A stretch of 64,000 bases of DNA from Yuukianura sp. NJ FZ-2021 (taxonomy: Eukaryota). Shown here one piece after another: positions 1 through 10,712 of the stretch. The notes beneath the pieces are model-generated. The model did not search any database. It had not been told where the DNA came from and saw only the letters and a list, made by a program, of their open reading frames with translations. Every line of letters begins with the position of its first letter. Position 1 is the first letter of the stretch. Location: assembly GCA_046563655.1 (NCBI GenBank), contig CM102286.1, positions 9,300,001 to 9,364,000 on the forward strand, given 5' to 3'. Made by a program: the position numbers and the translations under genes.

Positions 1-3000
1 TTTTCAAACCTCATTTAAATGCACAGAAATTTCGTTCCTGGCCATTCTTCCCTTAAGAACGACTTCAGTATTTTGGTGGCAATAGCTTCATTTGGAAATC
101 CTCAAAACAACTTTATTAAGTGTAGAATGCGTCCCGCTCGGCCAGAAAATGTAAGCGTTTTGCAAGTACTTTGCCTCAAATACACGTAAATTTATTGCCG
201 CCGGAAGGCGTTTGGTGCATTGACAAAACATGAAAATTTAGGCTTGCGACAAGGAGAAGTTATGTGACTGAGAATATTATCTGAATTTTTGAAACCACAT
301 TTAAATGCACAGAAAATACGTTCCTGGCCATTCCTTCCTTAAGAACGACTTCAGTATTTTGGTGGCAATAGCTTCATTTGGAAATCCTCAGAACAACCTT
401 ATTAAGTGTAGAATGCGTCCCGCTCGGACAGAAAAATTTAAGTGTTTTGCAAGTACTTTGCCTCAAATACGCGTAAACTTAGCGCGGCGGACGGCGTTTG
501 GTGCAAATTGATAAAACATGAAAATTAAGGCTTGCGACAGGGAGGAGTTATGTGACTGAGAATATTATTTGAATTTTTCAAACCTCACTTAAATGCACAG
601 AAATTTCGTTCCTGGCCATTCTTCCCTTAAGAACGACTTCAGTATTTTGGTGGCAATAGCTTCATTTGGAAATCCTCAAAACAACCTTATTAAGTGTAGA
701 ATGCGTCCCGCTCGGCCAGAAAATGTAAGCGTTTTGCAAGTACTTTGCCTCAAATACACGTAAATTTATTGCCGCCGGAAGGCGTTTGGTGCACATTGAC
801 AAAACATGAAAATTAAGGCTTGCGACAGGGAGGAGTTATGGGACTGAGAATATTATTTGAATCTTTCAAACCTCATTTAAATGCACAGAAATTTCGTTCC
901 TGGCCATTCTTCCCTTAAGAACGACTTCAGTATTTTGGTGGCAATAGCTTCATTTGTAAATCCTCAAAACAACCTTATTAAGTGTAGAATGCGTCCCGCT
1001 CGGACAGAAAAATGTAAGCGTTTTGCAAGTACTTGCCTCAAATACGCGTAAACTTAGCGCGGCGGACGGCGTTTGGTGCAAATTGATAAAACATGAAAAT
1101 TAAGGCTTGCGACAGGGAGGAGTTATGTGACTGAGAATATTATTTGAATTTTTCAAACCTCATTTAAATGCACAGAAATTTCGTTCCTGGCCATTCTTCC
1201 CTTAAGAACGACTCAGTATTTTGGTGGCAATAGCTTCATTTGGAAATCCTCAAAACAACCTTATTAAGTGTAGAATGCGTCCCGCTCCGCCAGAAAATGT
1301 AAGCGTTTTGCAAGTACTTTGCCTCAAATACACGTAAATTTATTGCCGCCGGAAGGCGTTTGGTGCACATTGACAAAACATGAAAATTAAGGCTTGCGAC
1401 AGGGAGGAGTTATGTGACTGAGAATATTATTTGAATTTTTCAAACCTCATTTAAATGCACAGAAATTTCGTTCCTGGCCATTCTTCCCTTAAGAACGACT
1501 TCAGTATTTTGGTGGCAATAGCTTCATTTGGAAATCCTCAGAACAACCTTATTAAGTGTAGAATGCGTCCCGCTCGGACAGAAAAATTTAAGTGTTTTGC
1601 AAGTACTTTGCCTCAAATACGCGTAAACTTAGCGCGGCGGACGGCGTTTGGTGCAAATTGATAAAACATAAAAATTAAGGCTTGCGACAGGGAGGAGTTA
1701 TGTGACTGAGAATATTATTTGAATTTTTCAAACCTCATTTAAATGCACAGAAATTTCGTTCCTGGCCATTCTTCCCTTAAGAACGACTTCAGTATTTTGG
1801 TGGCAATAGCTTCATTTGGAAATCCTCAAAACAACCTTATTAAGTGTAGAATGCGTCCCGCTCGGCCAGAAAATGTAAGCGTTTTGCAAGTACTTTGCCT
1901 CAAATACACGTAAATTTATTGCCGCCGGAAGGCGTTTGGTGCACATTGACAAAACATGAAAATTAAGGCTTGCGACAGGGAGGAGTTATGTGACTGAGAA
2001 TATTATTTGAATTTTTCAAACCTCATTTAAATGCACAGAAATTTCGTTCCTGGCCATTCTTCCCTTAAGAACGACTTCAGTATTTTGGTGGCAATAGCTT
2101 CATTTGGAAATCCTCAAAACAACCTTATTAAGTGTAGAATGCGTCCCGCTCGGCCAGAAAATGTAAGCGTTTTGCAAGTACTTTGCCTCAAATACACGTA
2201 AATTTATTGCCGCCGGAAGGCGTTTGGTGCACATTGACAAAACATGAAAATTAAGGCTTGCGACAGGGAGGAGTTATGGGACTGAGAATATTATTTGAAT
2301 CTTTCAAACCTCATTTAAATGCACAGAAATTTCGTTCCTGGCCATTCTTCCCTTAAGAACGACTTCAGTATTTTGGTGGCAATAGCTTCATTTGTAAATC
2401 CTCAAAACAACCTTATTAAGTGTAGAATGCGTCCCGCTCGGACAGAAAAATATAAGCGTTTTGCAAGTACTTGCCTCAAATACGCGTAAACTTAGCGCGG
2501 CGGACGGCGTTTGGTGCAAATTGATAAAACATGAAAATTAAGGCTTGCGACAGGGAGGAGTTATGTGACTGAGAATATTATTTGAATTTTTCAAACCTCA
2601 TTTAAATGCACAGAAATTTCGTTCCTGGCCATTCTTCCCTTAAGAACGACTCAGTATTTTGGTGGCAATAGCTTCATTTGGAAATCCTCAAAACAACCTT
2701 ATTAAGTGTAGAATGCGTCCCGCTCCGCCAGAAAATGTAAGCGTTTTGCAAGTACTTTGCCTCAAATACACGTAAATTTATTGCCGCCGGAAGGCGTTTG
2801 GTGCACATTGACAAAACATGAAAATTAAGGCTTGCGACAGGGAGGAGTTATGTGACTGAGAATATTATTTGAATTTTTCAAACCTCATTTAAATGCACAG
2901 AAATTTCGTTCCTGGCCATTCTTCCCTTAAGAACGACTTCAGTATTTTGGTGGCAATAGCTTCATTTGGAAATCCTCAGAACAACCTTATTAAGTGTAGA

Positions 3001-5586
3001 ATGCGTCCCGCTCGGACAGAAAAATTTAAGTGTTTTGCAAGTACTTTGCCTCAAATACGCGTAAACTTAGCGCGGCGGACGGCGTTTGGTGCAAATTGAT
3101 AAAACATAAAAATTAAGGCTTGCGACAGGGAGGAGTTATGTGACTGAGAATATTATTTGAATTTTTCAAACCTCATTTAAATGCACAGAAATTTCGTTCC
3201 TGGCCATTCTTCCCTTAAGAACGACTTCAGTATTTTGGTGGCAATAGCTTCATTTGGAAATCCTCAAAACAACCTTATTAAGTGTAGAATGCGTCCCGCT
3301 CGGCCAGAAAATGTAAGCGTTTTGCAAGTACTTTGCCTCAAATACACGTAAATTTATTGCCGCCGGAAGGCGTTTGGTGCACATTGACAAAACATGAAAA
3401 TTAAGGCTTGCGACAGGGAGGAGTTATGTGACTGAGAATATTATTTGAATTTTTCAAACCTCATTTAAATGCACAGAAATTTCGTTCCTGGCCATTCTTC
3501 CCTTAAGAACGACTTCAGTATTTTGGTGGCAATAGCTTCATTTGGAAATCCTCAAAACAACTTTATTAAGTGTAGAATGCGTCCCGCTCCGCCAGAAAAT
3601 GTAAGCGTTTTGCAAGTACTTTGCCTCAAATACACGTAAATTTATTGCCGCCGGAAGGCGTTTGGTGCACATTGACAAAACATGAAAATTAAGGCTTGCG
3701 ACAGGGAGGAGTTATGTGACTGAGAATATTATTTGAATTTTTCAAACCTCATTTAAATGCACAGAAATTTCGTTCCTGGCCATTCTTCCCTTAAGAACGA
3801 CTTCAGTATTTTGGTGGCAATAGCTTCATTTGGAAATCCTCAGAACAACCTTATTAAGTGTAGAATGCGTCCCGCTCGGACAGAAAAATTTAAGTGTTTT
3901 GCAAGTACTTTGCCTCAAATACGCGTAAACTTAGCGCGGCGGACGGCGTTTGGTGCAAATTGATAAAACATGAAAATTAAGGCTTGCAACAAGGAGGAGT
4001 TATGTGACTGAGAATATTATTTGAATTTTTCAAACCTCATTTAAATGCACAGAAATTTCGTTCCTGGCCATTCTTCCCTTAAGAACGACTTCAGTATTTT
4101 GGTGGCAATAGCTTCATTTGGAAATCCTCAAAACAACCTTATTAAGTGTAGAATGCGTCCCGCTCGGCCAGAAAATGTAAGCGTTTTGCAAGTACTTTGC
4201 CTCAAATACACGTAAATTTATTGCCGCCGGAAGGCGTTTGGTGCACATTGACAAAACATGAAAATTAAGGCTTGCGACAGGGAGGAGTTATGTGACTGAG
4301 AATATTATTTGAATTTTTCAAACCTCATTTAAATGCACAGAAATTTCGTTCCTGGCCATTCTTCCCTTAAGAACGACTTCAGTATTTTGGTGGCAATAGC
4401 TTCATTTGGAAATCCTCAAAACAACTTTATTAAGTGTAGAATGCGTCCCGCTCGGCCAGAAAATGTAAGCGTTTTGCAAGTACTTTGCCTCAAATACACG
4501 TAAATTTATTGCCGCCGGAAGGCGTTTGGTGCACATTGACAAAACATGAAAATTTAGGCTTGCGACAGGGAGAAGTTATGTGACTGAGAATATTATCTGA
4601 ATTTTTGAAACCACATTTAAATGCACAGAAAATACGTTCCTGGCCATTCCTTCCTTAAGAACGACTTCAGTATTTTGGTGGCAATAGCTTCATTTGGAAA
4701 TCCTCAGAAAACCTTATTAAGTGTAGAATGCGTCCCGCTCGGACAGAAAAATTTAAGTGTTTTGCAAGTACTTTGCCTCAAATACGCGTAAACTTAGCGC
4801 GGCGGACGGCGTTTGGTGCAAATTGATAAAACATGAAAATTAAGGCTTGCGACAGGGAGGAGTTATGTGACTGAGAATATTATTTGAATTTTTCAAACCT
4901 CATTTAAATGCACAGAAATTTCGTTCCTGGCCATTCTTCCCTTAAGAACGACTTCAGTATTTTGGTGGCAATAGCTTCATTTGGAAATCCTCAAAACAAC
5001 CTTATTAAGTGTAGAATGCGTCCCGCTCGGCCAGAAAATGTAAGCGTTTTGCAAGTACTTTGCCTCAAATACACGTAAATTTATTGCCGCCGGAAGGCGT
5101 TTGGTGCACACTGACAAAACATGAAAATTTAGGCTTGCGACAGGGAGAAGTTATGTGACTGAGAATATTATCTGAATTTTTCAAACCACATTTAAATGCA
5201 CAGAAAATACGTTCCTGGCCATTTCTTCCTTAAGAACGACTTCAGTATTTTGGTGGCAATAGCTTCATTTGGAAATCCTCAGAACAACCTTATTAAGTGT
5301 AGAATGCGTCCCGCTCGGACAGAAAAATTTAAGTGTTTTGCAAGTACTTTGCCTCAAATACGCGTAAACTTAGCGCGGCGGACGGCGTTTGGTGCAAATT
5401 GATAAAACATGAAAATTAAGGCTTGCGACAGGGAGGAGTTATGTGACTGAGAATAATATTTGAATTTTTCAAACCTCATTTAAATGCACAGAAATTTCGT
5501 TCCTGGCCATTCTTCCCTTAAGAACGACTTCAGTATTTTGGTGGCAATAGCTTCATTTGGAAATCCTCAAAACAACCTTATGAAGT
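1..5586. repeat. Satellite A, ~288-bp tandem monomer, ~19.5 copies, runs off the left edge of the window
   Basis: The anchor ATGCACAGAAA recurs at 19, 305, 593, 881, 1168, 1455, 1743 ... 5196, 5484 (spacing 286-288). Two main variants are interspersed: GGCCAGAAAATGTAAGC/TTATTGCCGCCGGAAGG and GGACAGAAAAATTTAAG/TTAGCGCGGCGGACGG. Confidence 0.97.
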
Positions 5587-6733
5587 TCAAAAAGTTCAAA
5601 CGGAAACAGTTGCTCTCACAACGGTGAGATAATTTTTGTTCAATGTGAGGGGGTTGTGGATTCGGATGAACCTTGAAGGTTAGTCCATAAAATTTTTAAA
5701 AGGTTAGTGAGAAATTTAAGTTTTAATTATTTTTTCTTGTAATTACCAACGACCTTTGGATCAAGACCGGCTTCGAATTTAAAAATCAAACACAAGTATT
5801 TGCTCTGAAATAAATATTTTCTTCAGCCGTGGCTACAGGGGGTGGTGAATTGCGCTGAAGCTTGGTAATTTATAAGAATTTTTATCGTAATTAGCAACGG
5901 GTTCTTCAATATCGGACATAGTTCAAAAAGTTCAAACAGAAACAGTTGCTCTCAAAACGATGAGATAATTTTTGTTCACTGTGAGGGGGTCGTGGATTCG
6001 GATGAACCTTGAAGGTTAGTCCATAAAATATCTAAAAGGTTAGTGAGAAATTTAAGTTTTAATTTTTTTCTTGTAATTACCAACGACCTTTGCATCAAGA
6101 CCGGCTTCGAATTTAAAAATCAAACACAAGTATTTCCCCTGAAATAAATATTTTCTTCAGCTGTTGCTACAGGGGGTGGTGCATTGCGATGAAGCTTGTT
6201 AATTTAGAAGAATTTTTATCGTAATTAGCAACGGGTACTTCAATATCGGACGTAGATGAAAAAGTTTTAACAGAAATAGTTGCTCTCAAAACGATGAGAT
6301 AATTTTTGTTCACTGTGAGGGGGTTGTGGATTCGGATGAACCTTGAAGGTTAGTCCATAAAATATCTAAAAGGTTAGTGAGAAATTTAAGTTTTGATTTT
6401 TTTCTTGTAATTACCAACGACCTTTGCATCAAGACCGGCTTCGAATTTAAAAATCAAACACAAGTATTTCCCCTAAAATAAATATTTTCTTCAGCTGTTG
6501 CTACAGGGGGTGGTGCATTGCGATGAAGCTTGTTAATTTAGAAGAATTTTTATCGTAATTAGCAACGGGTACTTCAATATCGGACGTAGATGAAAAAGTT
6601 TTAACAGAAATAGTTGCTCTCAAAACGATGAGATACTTTTTGTTCACTGTGAGGGGGTTGTGGATTCGGATGAACCTTGAAGGTTAGTCCATAAAATTTT
6701 TAAAAGGTTAGTGAGAAATTTAAGTTTTAATTA
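5584..6733. repeat. Satellite B, ~336-bp monomer, first block (~3.4 copies)
   Basis: CTTGTAATTACCAACGACC recurs every 334-336 bp. The block starts abruptly after satellite A. Confidence 0.96.
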
Positions 6734-7954
6734 TTATAATAGCGAAGCTATTATTATAGAAGACGTCTGTGTCCGTCCGTCCGTCCGTCCGTCCGTCCGT
6801 CCGTCTGCCTGTCCGGATTAATTATCTCAGAACCTACTGGTCCGATTTGATTCCGGTTTTCACCAGTGACCATGTCATGACCCGGGCTTGGTCACTATTG
6901 AATATGACCCTCGGGTGTCAACTCCTTCCGGGTCAAAGGTCAAGGTCAACCGGTTTCATCCCTGGTAACCCGGAAAATGACTTCTACAAAAGTTGTTCAT
7001 CTCATTGAGACTAACAACTTTTGTGTGCAATGTGTGACCCTAGGTCACCTCCTTCCGGGTCAAAATTGATTTCAAAGGTCATTTGTAATGCAAGTGTGGG
7101 TACAAAAAACTCTGCTTGTGAGACTGGAAAGGCAATTGGCATGGGACTTGATTCTCTGCTTAGCAAAAAATCTATTACGCAGTTGACATATACACTCATC
7201 TGTCATCAGTCACCTGTCACTCTTCACATGTCACACTTCACCTGTCACTCTTCACATGTCACACCCGTCATTAACTTCACATGTCACCTGTCACGTGGCG
7301 GGTGTCACCTGTCCCGTACCGGCGGGTGTCACCTGTCACGGTTCACCTTTCACGTGCCGGGTGTCACCTGTCACGCTTCACCTTTCACATTTCACCTGTC
7401 ACCTGTCCCGTACCGGCGGGTGTCACCTGTCACGCTTCACCTTTCACGTGCCGGGTGTCACCTGTCACGCTTCACCTTTCACATTTCACCTGTCACCTGT
7501 CCCGTACCGGCGGGTGTCACCTGTCACGCTTCACCTTTCACGTGCCGGGTGTCACCTGTCACGCTTCACCTTTCACACTTCACCTGTCACCTGTCACGCT
7601 TCACCTTTCACACTTCACCTGTCACCTGTCACGTGCCGGGTGTCACCTGTCACGCCTCACCTGTCACATGTCACGCGCCGGGTGTCACCTGTCACGCCTC
7701 AGCTGTCACGTTTCACCTGTGAACACCCGCTAGGGGGGGCGAGCGGAAAAGTGGGGGGACACCCCCACTCCCCCCCGGGGAGGGGGAAGTGGCGGAACAC
7801 ACCCCCGCGCTCCCTGGGGTGCGGAGCAAAAAATTGGGGGGAACACCCCCACTCCTCCTGTCGGGCGGGAAAGTGGGAGGAAAACCCCCACCCCCTGGGG
7901 GGCAACCCCTTATTTCTGAGCTATTATCAGTATGCGCGGTTTACAACCGGTTTA
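6734..7954 (+). mobile_element. Non-autonomous Helentron/HINE (DINE-1-like) element, copy E1
   Basis: 5' hairpin ATAATAGC-GAA-GCTATTAT, (TCCG)n microsatellite, internal TGTCACC minisatellite and G/C-run region. It ends with a degenerate 3' subTIR (GAGCTATTAT) and a terminal stem-loop CGGTT-TAC-AACCG. It sits in a T-rich site and has no transposase ORF. Ends are uncertain by a few T/A bases. Confidence 0.8.
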
Positions 7955-9180
7955 TTATAATAGCGAAGCTATTATTATAGAAGACCTCTGTCTGTCTGTC
8001 TGTCTGTCCGTCTGTCTGTCTGTCCAGATTAATTATCTCAGAAACAACTGGCCCGATTTGGTTCCGGTTTTCACCTATCAATACCCCATGACCCGCACTA
8101 GGTCACTATTGAATATGACCCCCGGGTGTCAACTCCTTCCGGGTCAAAGGTCAAGGTCAACCGGTTTCATCCCCGGTAACATGGAAAATGACCTCTACAA
8201 AAGTTGTTCACCTCATCGAGAGCAACAACTTTTGTGTGAAATGTATCACCCTAGGTGAACTCCTTCCGGGTCAAAATCGATTTAAAAGGTCATTTGTAAT
8301 GCAAGTGTGGATAAAAAAAAACTCTGCTTGTGAGACTGGAAAGGCAATTGGCATGGGACTTGATTCTCTGCTTAGCAAAAAATCCATTACGCAGTTGACT
8401 AACACACTCAACTGTCACCTGTCACACTTCATCTGTCACTTCACCTGTCACGTGCCGGGTGTCACATGTCATGCGCCGGATGCCACCTGTCACGTGCCGG
8501 GTGTCACCTGTCACGGCTGTCACGCGCCGGGTGTCACCTCTCACCTGTCACTTTCCGGGTGTCACCTCTCACCTGTCACTTTCCGGGTGTCACCTCTCAC
8601 CTGTCACTTTCCGGGTGTCACCTCTCACCTGTCACTTTCCAGGTGTCACCTGTCACTTGCCGGGTGTCAGCTGTCACCTGTCACTTTCCGGGTGTCACCT
8701 GTCTCCTGTCACGTCCCGGGTATCATCTGTCACATGCCGGGTGTCACCTGTCACGTGCCGCGTGTCACCTTTCACCTTCAAGTGTCACTTGCCGGGTGTC
8801 ACCTGTCACGTCTCACCTGCCAACACCCCCTGGGGGGAGGCGGGAAAGTGGAGGCAACACACCCCCACTACCCCGGAGGGGGGGGGCGGGAAAGTGGGGG
8901 GAACACACCCCCACTACCCCGGGGGGGGGCGGGAAAGTGGGGGGAACACACCCCCACTACCCCGGGGGGGGGGGCGGGAAAGTGGTGGGAACACACCCCC
9001 CACGCCTCCTGGGGTGCGGAGCAAAAAAGCGGGGAAACACACCCCCACTCCCCCGGCGGGGCGGGAAAGTTGGGGGAACACACCTTCGCTCACCTTTGGA
9101 GGGGGGGGGAGCTTCAGTGTGATTTACAAAACTTTCCTATTCTTCGCTATTATCATTAAGGGCGGTTTACAACCGGTTTA
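7955..9180 (+). mobile_element. Non-autonomous Helentron/HINE-like element, copy E2
   Basis: Same termini as E1. The 12-bp subTIR pair is perfect (ATAATAGCGAAG ... CTTCGCTATTAT). Has a (TCTG)n microsatellite and the 3' stem-loop. Confidence 0.8.
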
Positions 9181-10712
9181 TTATAATAGCGAAGCTATTA
9201 TTATAGAAGACGTCTGTCTGTCTGTCTGTCTGTCCGTCTGTCTGTCTGTCCAGATTAATTATCTCAGAAACAACTGGCCCGATTTGGTTCCGGTTTTCAC
9301 CTATCAATACCCCATGACCCGGACTAGGTCACTATTGAATATGACCCCCGGGTGTCAACTCCTTCCGGGTCAAAGGTCAAGGTCAACCGGTTTTATCCCC
9401 GGTAACATGCAAGATGGCCTCTACAAAAGTTGTTCATCTCATTGAGACCAACAACTTTTGTGTGGAATGTGTGACCCTAGGTCACCTGTTTCCGGGTCAA
9501 AATTGATTTTAAAGGTCATTTGTAATGCAAGTGTGGGTACAAAAAACTCTGCTTGTGAGACTGGAAAGGCAATTGGCATGGGAGTTGATTCTCTGCTTAG
9601 CAAAAAATCCATTACGCAGTTGACTAACACACTCAACTGTCACCTGTCACACTTCATCTGTCACTTCACCTGTCACGCGCCGGGTGTCACCTGTCATGTG
9701 CCGGGTGTCACCTGTCACGGCTGTCACGCGCCGGGTGTTACCTATCACGGCTGTCACTTGCAGGGTGTCAGTTGTCACCTGTCACTCACGTGCCGGGTGT
9801 CACGTGTCACTTGCCGGGTGAGTCAACCGGGTGTCACCTGTCACGTGCCGGGTGTCAGCTGTCACCTGTCACTTTCCGGGTGTCACCTCTCACCTGTCAC
9901 TTTCCGGGTGTCACCTGTCACTTTCCGGGTGTCACCTCTCACCTGTCACTTTCCGGGTGTCACCTGTCACTTGCCGGGTGTCAGCTGTCACCTGTCACTT
10001 TTCGGGTGTCACCTCTCACCTGTCACTTTCCGGGTGTCACCTGTCACTTTCCGGGTGTCACCTCTCACCTGTCACTTTCCGGGTGTCACCTGTCACTTGC
10101 CGGGTGTCAGCTGTCAACTGTCACTTTCCGGGTGTCACCTGTTAATTGCCGGGTGTCACCTGTCACATACCGGGTGTCACCTGTCACCTGTCACGTGCCG
10201 CGTGTCACCTGTCACCCTCAAGTGTCACTTGCCGGGTGTCACCTGTCACCTGTCACGTGCCGGTATCGTCTGTCACATGCCGGGTGTCACCTATCATACC
10301 GGGTGTCACCTGTCACCTGTCACGTGCCGCGTGTCACCTGTCACCCTCAAGTGTCACTTGCCGGGTGTCACCTGTCACTTGTCACGCCTCAGCTGTCACG
10401 TCTCACCTGCCAACACCCCCTGGAAGGCGGGAAAGTGGGGGGAGCACAACCCCACTACCCCGGGGGGGGGCGGGAGAGTGGGGGAACACACCCCCACTAC
10501 CCCGGGGGGGCGGGAAAGTGGGGGGAACACACACCCACGCCTCCTGGGGTGCGGAGCAAAAAAGCGGGAAAACACACCCCCACTCCCCCGGCGGGGCGGA
10601 AAAGTTGGGGGAACACACCCCCGCTCACCTTTGGAGGGGGGAGCTTCAGTGTGATTTACAAAACTTTCCTATTCTTCGCTATTATCATTATGGGCGGTTT
10701 ACAACCGGTTTA
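9181..10712 (+). mobile_element. Non-autonomous Helentron/HINE-like element, copy E3 (expanded minisatellite)
   Basis: Same termini and subTIRs with a longer TGTCACC/CCGGG array. Satellite B resumes in register (TTTTTTCTTGTAATTACC) right after it. Confidence 0.8.

Noticed and set aside
305..5402. Repeated 68-aa ORFs (MHRNFVPGH...)
   Set aside because: Chance open frames in one satellite A variant; broken by indels or stops in sibling monomers and carry no recognisable domain.
1..5586. Internal 2x144 or 3x96 substructure in satellite A, or homology to satellite B
   Set aside because: Only short scattered similarities (e.g. TTTGGTG twice), with no collinear alignment visible by eye.
6731..6735. 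TTATT as a 5-bp TSD of the HINE trimer
   Set aside because: The same bases occur at the internal element-element junctions, so they are equally explained as element termini in a T-rich target. This cannot be resolved from one locus.
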